DNA of 39,823 nucleotides from Halorhodospira sp. GTDB taxonomy: Bacteria; Pseudomonadota; Gammaproteobacteria; Nitrococcales; Halorhodospiraceae. Where the stretch lies: the NCBI GenBank assembly GCA_007127935.1, contig SKYL01000120.1, positions 1 through 39,823 on the forward strand. The letters are read 5' to 3'. Both the position numbers and the translations under genes were made by a program. The notes under the pieces were generated by a model. The model was not told the DNA's origin and ran no database searches. It was given only the letters and a program-made list of their open reading frames with translations. This document shows positions 1-10,089 of the stretch, piece by piece. Positions within the stretch are counted from its first letter, which is position 1. Every line of letters begins with the position of its first letter.

Positions 1-867
1 AGAGCGCATCCGGCGGGTTCGGATGACCCGCCCTCCGGCATCGGTGATCTTGCCGTGGGCGCCGGCGCCCAGACCAAGGTAGTCGCCGTACTCCCAGTAG
101 TTCAGATTGTGGCGGCAGCGGTGGCCCGGCGCCGCATAGGCCGAAACCTCGTAGCGCCGGTACCCGGCCCCGGCCAGCCGCGCCACGCACGCCACCTCCA
201 TCGCGGCCACGGTATCCGGATCGGGCAAGTCCTCCGGCACATTGCGCGCCAGCGGCGTTCCCGGCTCCACCGTCAACTGGTAGTGGCTGATGTGCGGCAC
301 GCCCAGAGCCACCGCTTGACGCACATCGGCAAGCGCCTGCTCCGGCGTCTGTCCCGGCAGAGCGTACATCAGATCGAGATTGACGCTCTCAAACCCGGCC
401 TCCAGGGCCGCCGTTACCGCGCCACGGGCGGCGCCGGCATCATGAATCCGCCCCAACCGGTCCAACGCCGCATCGGAAAAGCTCTGCACCCCCAGCGACA
501 GGCGAGTCACCCCCACCTCCCGGTACCGGCGGAACGCGACCCCCTCCGAGGCGCCGGGATTGGCCTCCAGGGTCACCTCCGCGTCATCGGCTACTGCCAC
601 CAAGGCCCGCAGCCCATCCAGCAGCCGGGCGATGGCCTCCGGCGGAAAGAGGCTGGGCGTCCCGCCCCCGACAAAGACACTCCCCACCACCCGCCCGTCC
701 AAGGCCAGCGCCTCCATCGCGGCCTCGGCCAGCAACGCATCCACGTACGCCTCCGCCGGCAGCGGCCCGGAGAGCGCATGGGCATTGAAATCACAATAGG
801 CGCAGCGGCGCACACACCAAGGCAGGTGGATGTAGACACCCAGAGGAATCCGACACGGATCGGTCAT
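1..867 (-). CDS. hemW: Radical SAM heme chaperone HemW / HemN-like oxygen-independent coproporphyrinogen oxidase family (3' part lost at the window edge)
   Basis: This minus-strand ORF is not in the track because it runs off the left edge. The ATG is the complement of 865..867. My own translation gives MTDPCRIPLGVYIHLPWCVRRCAYCDFNAHAL...VFVGGGTPSLF. That carries the CxxxCxxC radical-SAM motif and the GGGTPS motif, and the gene sits in the conserved position downstream of rdgB. Confidence 0.85.
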   Translation of the reverse strand, partial: MTDPCRIPLGVYIHLPWCVRRCAYCDFNAHALSGPLPAEAYVDALLAEAAMEALALDGRVVGSVFVGGGTPSLFPPEAIARLLDGLRALVAVADDAEVTLEANPGASEGVAFRRYREVGVTRLSLGVQSFSDAALDRLGRIHDAGAARGAVTAALEAGFESVNLDLMYALPGQTPEQALADVRQAVALGVPHISHYQLTVEPGTPLARNVPEDLPDPDTVAAMEVACVARLAGAGYRRYEVSAYAAPGHRCRHNLNYWEYGDYLGLGAGAHGKITDAGGRVIRTRRMRS

Positions 868-886
868 GGCTACAACAGGCCCGGAA

Positions 887-1498
887 TTACCGCTCCCGCA
901 ACTCAAGCTCCCGCCGCAAGTCCTCCACCAACCCCCGCATCGCAATCCCCCGATGACTCCGCCGATCCTTCTCCTCGGCGGACAACTCCCCCCCGGTCCG
1001 GCTACTCTCCGGATCTTCGAAGAGCGGATCGTACCCGAAGCCGTTCTCCCCCCGGGGCGTATCCACAATGCGGCCGGTCCACGCCCCGTGACGGATCACC
1101 GGCACCGGGTCTTCCGGATGGCGGACAAAAACCATCAGGCAATGGAACGTGGCGGTACGCGGCGCATCGGCCGGCAGCCGGGCCATCTCCTCCAGCAAAC
1201 GCCGGTTATTGGCCTCATCCCCGGCATCCTCCCCGGCGTAGCGGGCGGAGTAGACCCCCGGCGCGCCGCCCAGGGCGTCCACGGCGAGCCCCGAATCGTC
1301 GGCCACCGCCGGCAGGCCGGTGGCCGCGGCGGCGTGGCGGGCTTTGGCCAAGGCGTTCTCCACGAAGGTGCATGCCGTCTCCGGCGCTGCTTCCACCCCC
1401 AGCGAACCCTGGGTCACCACCTCTATGCCGGTTCCGTTCAGCAAGCGTTCCAACTCCGCCGCCTTACCCGGATTGCCGGTGGCCAACACGACCTTCAT
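887..1498 (-). CDS. rdgB: dITP/XTP pyrophosphatase (RdgB/HAM1 family)
   Basis: 203 aa. The N-terminus is [16 protein letters not shown], with FGYDPLF and SHRG motifs typical of RdgB. The ATG overlaps the rph stop (ATGA at 1495..1498). Confidence 0.93.
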   Translation of the reverse strand: MKVVLATGNPGKAAELERLLNGTGIEVVTQGSLGVEAAPETACTFVENALAKARHAAAATGLPAVADDSGLAVDALGGAPGVYSARYAGEDAGDEANNRRLLEEMARLPADAPRTATFHCLMVFVRHPEDPVPVIRHGAWTGRIVDTPRGENGFGYDPLFEDPESSRTGGELSAEEKDRRSHRGIAMRGLVEDLRRELELRER

Positions 1499-2211
1499 GG
1501 GCTCAAAACCTCCTGTTGAATCGTCACCAAACGGCGGATGCCTTGCTCCGCCAGCGCCAACATCGCGTCCAATTCATCCCGGCGGAAGGCGTGGCCCTCG
1601 GCCGTCCCCTGGATCTCGATGAAGCCGCCAGCGTCGTTCATCACCACATTCATGTCGGTCTCGGCCTCCACGTCCTCGGCGTAGTCGAGATCGAGCACCG
1701 GCTCCCCGCGATAGACACCGACAGAGACCGACGCCACGTGGCCGTGGATCGGGTTCGTGCGCAGCACGCCCTTTTTCACCAGTTGGTGGGTGGCATCCAC
1801 CAGGGCCACGTAGGCCCCGGTGATGGAAGCGGTGCGGGTTCCACCGTCGGCCTGGATCACGTCGCAGTCGACAACGATCCGGCGCTCTCCCAGGGCCTCC
1901 AGATCCGTCACCGCCCGCAGTGATCGGCCGATGAGCCGCTGGATCTCCTGGGTGCGGCCCTGCTGCCGCCCGCGCGCCGCCTCACGGTCGCTGCGGGTGT
2001 GGGTGGAGCGGGGCAGCATCCCGTATTCGGCGGTCACCCAGCCCCGGCCCTGGCCGCGCAGCCAAACCGGAACACGGGTCTCGACGCTGGCGTTGCAGAG
2101 CACGCGGGTCTCGCCGTACTCCACCAGCACGGACCCTTCGGCGTGCTTGGTGAAGCCGCGGGTCATACGGACGGGGCGCAATTCATCGGGGCGGCGGCCG
2201 CTGGGACGCAT
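1495..2211 (-). CDS. rph: Ribonuclease PH
   Basis: The track ORF 1495..2295 was trimmed to the internal ATG at 2211 ([39 protein letters not shown]...), giving 238 aa, the typical RNase PH length and N-terminus. The upstream 28 codons lie in AT-rich promoter DNA. Confidence 0.93.
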   Translation of the reverse strand: MRPSGRRPDELRPVRMTRGFTKHAEGSVLVEYGETRVLCNASVETRVPVWLRGQGRGWVTAEYGMLPRSTHTRSDREAARGRQQGRTQEIQRLIGRSLRAVTDLEALGERRIVVDCDVIQADGGTRTASITGAYVALVDATHQLVKKGVLRTNPIHGHVASVSVGVYRGEPVLDLDYAEDVEAETDMNVVMNDAGGFIEIQGTAEGHAFRRDELDAMLALAEQGIRRLVTIQQEVLSP

Positions 2212-2298
2212 GGGATCTCCTGAAAAAGGCGGACGATAGCATATTGGTATTGTTGCCTGATCCTGTTGCGTCGCCTTTTCCGATTGTGAGAACAATCA

Positions 2299-2335
2299 AG
2301 ACCTGTTATAGAACAGATCTAGTTTTCGTTATAAT
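2299..2335 (+). promoter_or_regulatory. Candidate promoter/operator upstream of the aer-like gene: imperfect 22-bp palindrome plus a perfect TATAAT hexamer
   Basis: AGACCTGTTATAGAACAGATCT (2299..2320, 18/22 symmetric, core CTGTT-N4-AACAG at 2303..2316) is followed by TATAAT at 2330..2335, about 70 nt upstream of the ATG at 2408. It lies in the only AT-rich stretch of the rph/aer divergent intergenic region. No good -35 hexamer is visible. Confidence 0.3.
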
Positions 2336-2407
2336 CTTGCTTATCCCCTTTATTGAATGCGTGTTATTTTGGCGCCTCTTTCCGAATCGCGCCGGGAGTC
2401 TTGCAGT

Positions 2408-4009
2408 ATGCGGATCAATGAGCCGGTAACCGGCCGTCGTGTTCCGGTCCGGGACAACGCCAATATCCTCTCCACCACCGACCCTCGCGGACATATCACT
2501 TACGTCAACGACGAGTTCCTGGAGATCAGCGGTTATTCCCGCGAGGAGTTGATCGGCCAGCCGCACAACATCCTCCGTCATCCCGACATGCCCCGCTTGG
2601 CCTTCCAGGAGATGTGGGACGCCCTGGAGAGCGGGCGCTCGTGGATGGGGATCATCAAGAACCGCTGCAAGAACGGGGACCACTACTGGGTCCACGCCTA
2701 CGCCACACCGATCCTCGATGACGACGGCAATATCCGGGAGTATCAGTCGGTCCGGCAAAACGTGCCCGATGAGGCGCTCATCGAGCGGGCGGAGCGGATT
2801 TACGCCAAGCAACGGGCACGGGAGTCGCGGAAGGGCCGGGTGCAGGGCATGAAGGGACGCGGGCTGGTGCTCGGTCTCCGGGCGCGGGTGGGCACCCTCT
2901 TTTTCTTGCCGCTGGCCGCCTTCGCCGCGGCGTTGGCCGTTCCCGGCCCCGTGGGCCTGCAAGCCCTCATCGGCGCCGCCGGCGCCCTGGGGTTCCTGGC
3001 GCTGCTGCCCATCGCCACCCGCCCGGTGGACCGGGTTCGAGCATCGGCATTGGAGATCATCAACGACCCGCTGGCGGAGAGCATCTACTGTGGGCAACAC
3101 GATGAGGCCGCCCAGGTACAGATCGCGTTGCTGCGGGCCCGCTCGGAGCTTCAGGCGGTCACCAAGCGGCTGCTGGCCACCATGGGCGAGCTGGATATCG
3201 AGAGCGCCCGGGTGGCGGAGCGCATGGGCGAGGTCATGGAGCAAGCCGAGGGCCAGAACGAGGAGACCCGGAGCCTGGCCACCGCCGTCGAGGAGATGTC
3301 AGCCGCGGTCCAGGAGGTGGCGCGGAACGCATCGTCGGCATCGGATGCCACCGAAAGCGCCCGGGAGCAGACCTCGCGCGGGCTGCGGACGGTGGGGCAG
3401 AGCGCCGACGCGGTTAAGGCGCTGGCCGAGGACATCGAGAACTCCGCCCAGGTCATCCACCACCTAGCCGGGGAGACCGATCGCATCGGGGCCGCCCTCG
3501 ACTTGATCCAGGAGATCACCGACCAGACCAACCTGCTGGCGCTGAACGCCGCCATTGAGGCGGCCCGGGCCGGCGACGTGGGGCGCGGCTTTTCAGTGGT
3601 GGCGGAAGAGGTACGGGTCCTTGCCGACCGGACCTCGGAATCGACCAAGGACATCAAGGGCATCATCGACTCGCTGCAAACCGGGGCGGCGGATGCTGTA
3701 TCGGCCATGGAGGAGAGCCGCCGCCGGGCCGACGAGACCTATCAGTTCGCCGACGAGGCGCGGGCGGCACTCCAGGAGATCAACACCGCGGTGGACACGG
3801 TGCGCGACATGAATGGCCAGATCGCCAGCGCCACGGAGGAGCAGAGCGCCACCGCCGATGAGATCACCCGCAATATCACCCGCATTGATGACATGGCGGC
3901 GCAGGTTCGGAACAGCGCCGAAGGGGCCGGAGAGCGATTGAAGCATTTGACCAACGGGGTGTCGCAGGTCCGCGGGCTGGCCGCCCGCTTTGCCGCGCGG
4001 CGTCGCTGA
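2408..4009 (+). CDS. aer: Aer-like aerotaxis/energy-taxis methyl-accepting chemotaxis protein (N-terminal PAS, membrane hairpin, MCP signalling domain)
   Basis: The track ORF was trimmed to the ATG at 2408, with a GGGAG Shine-Dalgarno at 2394..2398. The PAS region [43 protein letters not shown]...[12 protein letters not shown] closely parallels E. coli Aer. A hydrophobic hairpin is present ([15 protein letters not shown]...[10 protein letters not shown]), and the MCP hairpin tip is [35 protein letters not shown]. Confidence 0.88.
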   Translation: MRINEPVTGRRVPVRDNANILSTTDPRGHITYVNDEFLEISGYSREELIGQPHNILRHPDMPRLAFQEMWDALESGRSWMGIIKNRCKNGDHYWVHAYATPILDDDGNIREYQSVRQNVPDEALIERAERIYAKQRARESRKGRVQGMKGRGLVLGLRARVGTLFFLPLAAFAAALAVPGPVGLQALIGAAGALGFLALLPIATRPVDRVRASALEIINDPLAESIYCGQHDEAAQVQIALLRARSELQAVTKRLLATMGELDIESARVAERMGEVMEQAEGQNEETRSLATAVEEMSAAVQEVARNASSASDATESAREQTSRGLRTVGQSADAVKALAEDIENSAQVIHHLAGETDRIGAALDLIQEITDQTNLLALNAAIEAARAGDVGRGFSVVAEEVRVLADRTSESTKDIKGIIDSLQTGAADAVSAMEESRRRADETYQFADEARAALQEINTAVDTVRDMNGQIASATEEQSATADEITRNITRIDDMAAQVRNSAEGAGERLKHLTNGVSQVRGLAARFAARRR

Positions 4010-4098
4010 ACCCGCACGCGGCCACACGCGCTCGGCCGCACTGTCGCGCCGCCCCATGATGCCGTAACATGCCCCCCGGCGAACGGGAGAGCGCAGGC

Positions 4099-5590
<1,492 letters not shown>

Positions 5591-5602
5591 CACCAAGAAA
5601 AC

Positions 5603-5757
5603 GCCAAAGGATCCGTCATTGCGAGCGTAGCGAAGCAATCTCCATGAGTTGACGCTCAAGTGCTGGAGATTGCTTCGTCGCTCCGCTCCTCGCCATGACG
5701 AATCATTCGCAATGACGGGTCCTTTGGCTATGACGGATCACCGCTCGCAATGACGGG
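5603..5757. repeat. Nested inverted-repeat element (REP-like) built from GCTCGCAATGACGG and GGAGATTGCTTCG motifs
   Basis: The outer arms are 5603..5624 (GCCAAAGGATCCGTCATTGCGA) and 5707..5728 (its reverse complement, 21/22). The inner perfect 14-bp arms are 5631..5644 (CGAAGCAATCTCCA) and 5664..5677. An extra direct copy, CCGCTCGCAATGACGGG, sits at 5741..5757. The same core recurs at 18082..18110. Confidence 0.8.
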
Positions 5758-5772
5758 TTGTTCAGCGTCGCC

Positions 5773-6603
5773 CTAAGGCCCGACCCGTTGAATATTCACC
5801 GCCTGGAGCGCCCCCTCCTTTGCTGCCGACTCCACCAAGTCGAACTCCAGAATCACCTCATGGCTGGGCAGGTCCTCGACGCGCACGCCATCGCGCAGAT
5901 CGGCGTCCCGGAAGAAGGCCGAGCCGTAGGGAGAGTCCGGTTCACGGGTATCAGTGACCCACATGTAGTCCGAGATCTCCCGCAGATAACGGACAAACCC
6001 GTACCCCCCCTCCTGGGCGTGAAAATGACAGGTGCCGCGCACGCGGGAGCCCACCGCGCCCCACGGGGGGTGCCCATTGGCGTTCCGGTGGACAGGGATC
6101 AATCCTGGAATCAGGTAACCGCAGATAAAGTCGTCGGCCTCCCGCTTCAAGTCGCCGGAGACGTTCTCGAAGGCCACCACTTCGACCCGGCAGCCCTGGC
6201 TCTGCAGGGCGCGGACCACCTGAACGAAGTCGCCGTCGCCGGTGGCCAGAACCACCCGGGAGAGGCTGCGGGACTGCACCAGCGCATCCACCGCGATCTC
6301 AAGATCGGCGTTGGCCTTGGCGTAGCGGTTCCCCTCGTCGTCGGAGTACCAGCGGTAGTGCTTGACGATGACCTTGAAGCCGACATCGCGGATGGAGGCG
6401 AAGAAGTTGTGGATCTTCTTCTGGTAGGTGGGATCGCGGCGGCCGCGCTCGGGGTCATAGACCGTATAGGCGTTGAGGCGCAGCGGCTCGCCCCCGCCCC
6501 GGCAGGCGAAACGGCGCAGAACATCGTACTGCATGCCGAAACCGCCGTTGGACTGGATGTTGGCGACATCCACGTAGATGCCGACGGCCCCGGAACCCGG
6601 CAA
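5773..6603 (-). CDS. NYN (LabA-like, PIN-related) nuclease domain protein with a C-terminal cold-shock/OB-like domain
   Basis: 276 aa. A TTG start at 6603 is preceded by a strong AAGGAGG Shine-Dalgarno 5 nt upstream. The N-terminal two-thirds show the NYN pattern (IYVDVANI ... ANADLEIAVDAL ... VVLATGDGDFVQVVRALQSQG.RVEVV). The C-terminal ~90 aa resemble a cold-shock domain (RGTCHFHAQEGGYGFVRYL ... AFFRDADL ... EFDLVES.KEGALQAVNI). Confidence 0.75.
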   Translation of the reverse strand: MPGSGAVGIYVDVANIQSNGGFGMQYDVLRRFACRGGGEPLRLNAYTVYDPERGRRDPTYQKKIHNFFASIRDVGFKVIVKHYRWYSDDEGNRYAKANADLEIAVDALVQSRSLSRVVLATGDGDFVQVVRALQSQGCRVEVVAFENVSGDLKREADDFICGYLIPGLIPVHRNANGHPPWGAVGSRVRGTCHFHAQEGGYGFVRYLREISDYMWVTDTREPDSPYGSAFFRDADLRDGVRVEDLPSHEVILEFDLVESAAKEGALQAVNIQRVGP

Positions 6604-6642
6604 TCGAACCTCCTTCGGCCGGGTACCGGCGATTCGAGCCCT

Positions 6643-7074
6643 TTAAGCCCGCTCTTCGTCGCGCACCCGCACCACAACGTCCACACCGGTGATGCACTTG
6701 CCGCTGGGCACTTCCACCAAGCGGCGCAGTTCATCCTCGTCCACACCCAGATCGATGTCCTCGACCCGACCGGTTCGCTCGTCGAAGGCGTGGTGGTGAG
6801 CGGTGGTGTTGGTGTCGAAGTACGACTTCCCGGAGCGCACCACCACCTCACGCAACAGTCCAGCCTCGCGGAACTGATTCAGCGTATTGTAGACGGTGGC
6901 CAGCGACACTTTCACGTTCTTTGCCACGGCCTCATCGTAGAGGCACTCGGCGGTGATATGCCGATCTCCCTCCGCGAACAGGAGTTCCGCCAACGCCACC
7001 CGCTGCTGCGTCGGCCGAAGCCCCACTTGCCGGAGCCGCTCCACACCGTATCGAACCCAGCTCTGATCGGTCAT
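6643..7074 (-). CDS. Fur-family transcriptional regulator, Irr-like (HHH motif, no CxxC zinc sites)
   Basis: 143 aa. GLRPTQQRVALAELLF...HITAECLY...VSLATVYNTLNQFREAGLL...SYFDTNTTAHHH...VVVRVR matches the Fur winged helix. As I recall, it most closely matches rhizobial Irr. It lies 39 nt upstream of the NYN gene on the same strand. Confidence 0.8.
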   Translation of the reverse strand: MTDQSWVRYGVERLRQVGLRPTQQRVALAELLFAEGDRHITAECLYDEAVAKNVKVSLATVYNTLNQFREAGLLREVVVRSGKSYFDTNTTAHHHAFDERTGRVEDIDLGVDEDELRRLVEVPSGKCITGVDVVVRVRDEERA

Positions 7075-7208
7075 GACCTACACCATCATCTCACTGATGC
7101 GACCACTTGCCACATCTTCTTAGTTGGAGTCTAACCTTTGACGGCTACCCGCTCAAGCAGCCCCGCGGGGCTTCCAAATTGATGCGGTAAGACCGAGACT
7201 GAGACCCC

Positions 7209-8630
7209 ATGGAAGCCACAGCCTGGATCGTGGCCGCCGGAAGCCTGGTGGCGGCCGTTATTGGACCGATCGCCGCCGGCCACGCGCTGCTGACCAAGCG
7301 CGAGCCCCAGGTGGCGGCGGCTTGGATCGCCGTCTCTCTGATGTTCCCGGTGGCAGGCCCCGTTCTCTATTACATCTTCGGCATCAACCGGGTCCGCACC
7401 CGGGCCCGCAAGCTCTTTGCCGAGGAACACATCCACAATGGAACCGGCCCTCATCCGTCGGAGAGCCCGGCAGAGATCGCCCCGGAGTATGCCGAGCAAG
7501 TACGGATCTCCAACGCCGTCACCGGACGTCCGCTGGAAGCGGGCAACCATGTGACCCCCTTGGTGGACGGCGACGAGGCCTTTCCGGCCATGGTGCACGC
7601 CATCGAGTCGGCGGAAGACACCGTTTACCTGGCCACCTACATCTTCGAGTCCAACCGTAGCGGGCGGCAGTTCATCGACGCCCTGGCCGCCGCCCGCTGC
7701 CGCGGTCTCGACGTACGGGTCCTGATCGATGGCGTCGGGGAATTCTACTCCTGGCCCTTGGCGGGCCGGCTGCTGCGGGCGGCGGGCGTTCCCACCGCCC
7801 GCTTTCTGCCGCCGCACCTGATTCCGCCACAGCTCTCCATCAACCTGCGCAACCACCGCAAGATCCTGGTGGTGGACGGACAGATCGCGTTCACCGGCGG
7901 GATGAACCTGGGGGACCGCCACCTGCGGAGCCGCCACCCCGAAGGTGAAGGGGTGGCGGACATGCACTTCCGGTTCGACGGGCCGGTGGCCGGGCAGATC
8001 GAGGCCGTCTTCCTGGAAGACTGGGCCTTCACCACCGGCGATCATAGCGGCCCCGCCCCTCGGGCCAAGCCCCACGAGACGGGCGCAATGTGCCGGACCA
8101 TCACCGACGGACCCAACGAGGATCTGGACTGCTTGGCCATGGTCCTGGTGGGGGCGATCTCGGCGGCACGGCGGGAGATCCAGATCGTTACCCCCTACTT
8201 CCTTCCATCGAGGCCGCTGATCTCGGCCCTTCAGTCGGCCGCGCTGCGCGGGGTGCAAGTCGACATCCTGCTGCCGGAGAAGAACAACCTGCCCTTCGTC
8301 CACTGGGCGTCACGGCATATGTTGGGGGAATTGCTGCGCTGGGGCGTCCGCGTCCACTACCAGCCACCGCCCTTCGTCCATACAAAGCTCTTTGTCGTCG
8401 ATGAGCGGTATGTACAGGTCGGGTCGGCCAACCTGGACCCGCGCAGCCTTCGGCTCAACTTCGAGTTGGCGGTGGAGGTCTACGACCGCGAGCTGGCTGG
8501 CGACCTAGCCCGCCAGTGCCGCAAACGCATCACCCTGTCACGCCCGGTAACCCCCCGGGAGATGCGGGACCGCCCCGGCTGGCAACGCGTCCGAGACGCC
8601 CTCTTTTGGCTGGCTTCGCCGTATTTATAA
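7209..8630 (+). CDS. cls: Cardiolipin synthase (phospholipase D superfamily)
   Basis: 473 aa with two N-terminal TM helices and two HKD motifs (HRKILVVDGQIAFTGGMNLGDRH and HTKLFVVDERYVQVGSANLDPRS). Confidence 0.92.
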   Translation: MEATAWIVAAGSLVAAVIGPIAAGHALLTKREPQVAAAWIAVSLMFPVAGPVLYYIFGINRVRTRARKLFAEEHIHNGTGPHPSESPAEIAPEYAEQVRISNAVTGRPLEAGNHVTPLVDGDEAFPAMVHAIESAEDTVYLATYIFESNRSGRQFIDALAAARCRGLDVRVLIDGVGEFYSWPLAGRLLRAAGVPTARFLPPHLIPPQLSINLRNHRKILVVDGQIAFTGGMNLGDRHLRSRHPEGEGVADMHFRFDGPVAGQIEAVFLEDWAFTTGDHSGPAPRAKPHETGAMCRTITDGPNEDLDCLAMVLVGAISAARREIQIVTPYFLPSRPLISALQSAALRGVQVDILLPEKNNLPFVHWASRHMLGELLRWGVRVHYQPPPFVHTKLFVVDERYVQVGSANLDPRSLRLNFELAVEVYDRELAGDLARQCRKRITLSRPVTPREMRDRPGWQRVRDALFWLASPYL

Positions 8631-8676
8631 GGGAGCCTGAGAAAACGTAACCGGGGGTGGGGTTACAATACCCGCC

Positions 8677-10089
8677 ATGACACACGAAGAGATCGCCACA
8701 CGACTCCAGGAGGCCCTCGGCAAAGACCGGGTGCTCACCGGCGATGAAAACGTCGCCCCATATATGAAGGAGCGGCGCGGCTTTTATCCCGGCCAAGGAC
8801 GCATCGTCGTCCTGCCCGAGAACACCACCCAGGTCAGCGAGGCGATCCGGACCTGCACCGCCACCGGCGCCAAGGTCGTTCCCCAAAGCGGCAACACCGG
8901 TTTGGTGGGGGGCGGCTCGCCCCGCAACGAGACCGAGGTGGTCCTTTCACTGCGGAAGATGAACCGGGTCCGGCGCATCGACGCCGATGACAACACCATG
9001 GTGGCCGAGGCGGGCTGCGTGCTGCGGGATCTTCAAAAGGCGGCCGCCGATATGGACCGCCTGTTCCCCCTCTCGCTCCCCTCGGAGTTCCAGTGCTGCA
9101 TCGGCGGCAATCTCGCCACCAACGCCGGCGGCCTCAACGTAGTCCAGTACGGTAATACCCGGGCGCTGACCCTCGGACTCGAGGTGGTCTTGCCGGACGG
9201 GCGGATTTGGTCCGGCCTGTCGGCGTTGCACAAGGACAACAGCGGCTACGACCTCAAGGACCTCTTCATCGGTTCCGAGGGCACGTTGGGGGTGATCACC
9301 GCCGCCACGCTCCGCCTCTTCCCCCGCCCCCGCCAACGGCGGGTGGCCCTGGTGGCGTTGCGCGACTTGGCGGCGGCGCTGCCCCTGCTGCGCGCCGCCC
9401 AGGCCGAGAGCGGTGACGCGGTGGTGGCCTGCGAGGTTATGGGGGCCGGCGCCGTAGCCATGCCGGTGCGCCACATCCCCGGCTGCACGAACCCCCTCCC
9501 CGGCGCACCGTGGTACCTGTTGCTGGAGTTGGCCACCCCCGATCCGAGGGCCGACTTGGCCGCCGCCCTGGACGCGGCACTGGAGACGGCACGGCGGACC
9601 GGCGGCATGAAAGGCGCGGAGGTGGCCGAGGATGAGCGCGGGGGCGCCGCGCTGTGGCGGCTGCGCACCTGCATCCCCGGCACCCAGGGCCACGAGGGCG
9701 CCAGCATCAAACACGATATCTCCGTCCCGGTCCACCAACTACCCACCTTTGTGGAGGCGGCCCTGGCGGCGGTGGCCGCCGAAGACCCAACGGTCCGCCC
9801 GTGCGTCTTCGGGCATGTGGGCGATGGCAACCTCCACTTCAATCTGACGCAGCCTGAGGGGTGGGAGGCCGACGCCTTCATGGAGCGGCGCCCCCGTTTC
9901 AACCAGTTGATCCACGATCTCGTCATGCGTTTCGACGGCTCCGTGGCCGCCGAACACGGCGTGGGCCAGATCAAGGGCGAGGAGATGCGACGGCGGCGGG
10001 ACCCGGTGGCCCACGATCTGATGCGGCGGATCAAAACCGCCCTGGACCCCGACGACCTCATGAACCCTGGCAAGGTGGTCCTTGGCTGA
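8677..10089 (+). CDS. FAD-linked oxidase (GlcD / D-2-hydroxyacid dehydrogenase family)
   Basis: 470 aa. An FAD_binding_4-type N-terminus (VVPQSGNTGLVGGGSP...) and a C-terminal AEHGVGQIK...DP..LMNPGKV are typical of GlcD-like FAD oxidases. Confidence 0.85.
   Translation: MTHEEIATRLQEALGKDRVLTGDENVAPYMKERRGFYPGQGRIVVLPENTTQVSEAIRTCTATGAKVVPQSGNTGLVGGGSPRNETEVVLSLRKMNRVRRIDADDNTMVAEAGCVLRDLQKAAADMDRLFPLSLPSEFQCCIGGNLATNAGGLNVVQYGNTRALTLGLEVVLPDGRIWSGLSALHKDNSGYDLKDLFIGSEGTLGVITAATLRLFPRPRQRRVALVALRDLAAALPLLRAAQAESGDAVVACEVMGAGAVAMPVRHIPGCTNPLPGAPWYLLLELATPDPRADLAAALDAALETARRTGGMKGAEVAEDERGGAALWRLRTCIPGTQGHEGASIKHDISVPVHQLPTFVEAALAAVAAEDPTVRPCVFGHVGDGNLHFNLTQPEGWEADAFMERRPRFNQLIHDLVMRFDGSVAAEHGVGQIKGEEMRRRRDPVAHDLMRRIKTALDPDDLMNPGKVVLG

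Noticed and set aside
55-1923. 622-aa plus-strand ORF spanning the hemW, rdgB and rph loci
   Set aside because: It is antisense to three well-supported minus-strand genes. The product is Arg/Pro/Gly-rich and low-complexity with no recognisable motifs, which is the typical stop-codon-poor antisense frame of a high-GC genome.
2212-2295. N-terminal extensions offered by the track for rph, and likewise for yicC (4069), the RNA ligase (12471), ychF (19340), lolB (23338), dksA (32526), moeB (35940) and gatB (38891)
   Set aside because: Homologous N-termini, Shine-Dalgarno positions and ATGA/TGATG coupling with upstream stops all point to the internal start codons. The extensions run through upstream genes or intergenic DNA.
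2303-2316. CTGTTATAGAACAG read as a LexA SOS box
   Set aside because: The arms are CTGT/ACAG but separated by 6 nt instead of the 8 nt of the gammaproteobacterial consensus CTGT-N8-ACAG. It is kept only as a generic operator candidate.
5758-7134. 458-aa plus-strand ORF covering the NYN and Fur-like genes, and the similar 390-aa minus-strand ORF at 7131..8303 opposite cls
   Set aside because: Each is antisense to a gene with clear family motifs. There is no ribosome-binding site and the composition is that of a mirror frame.
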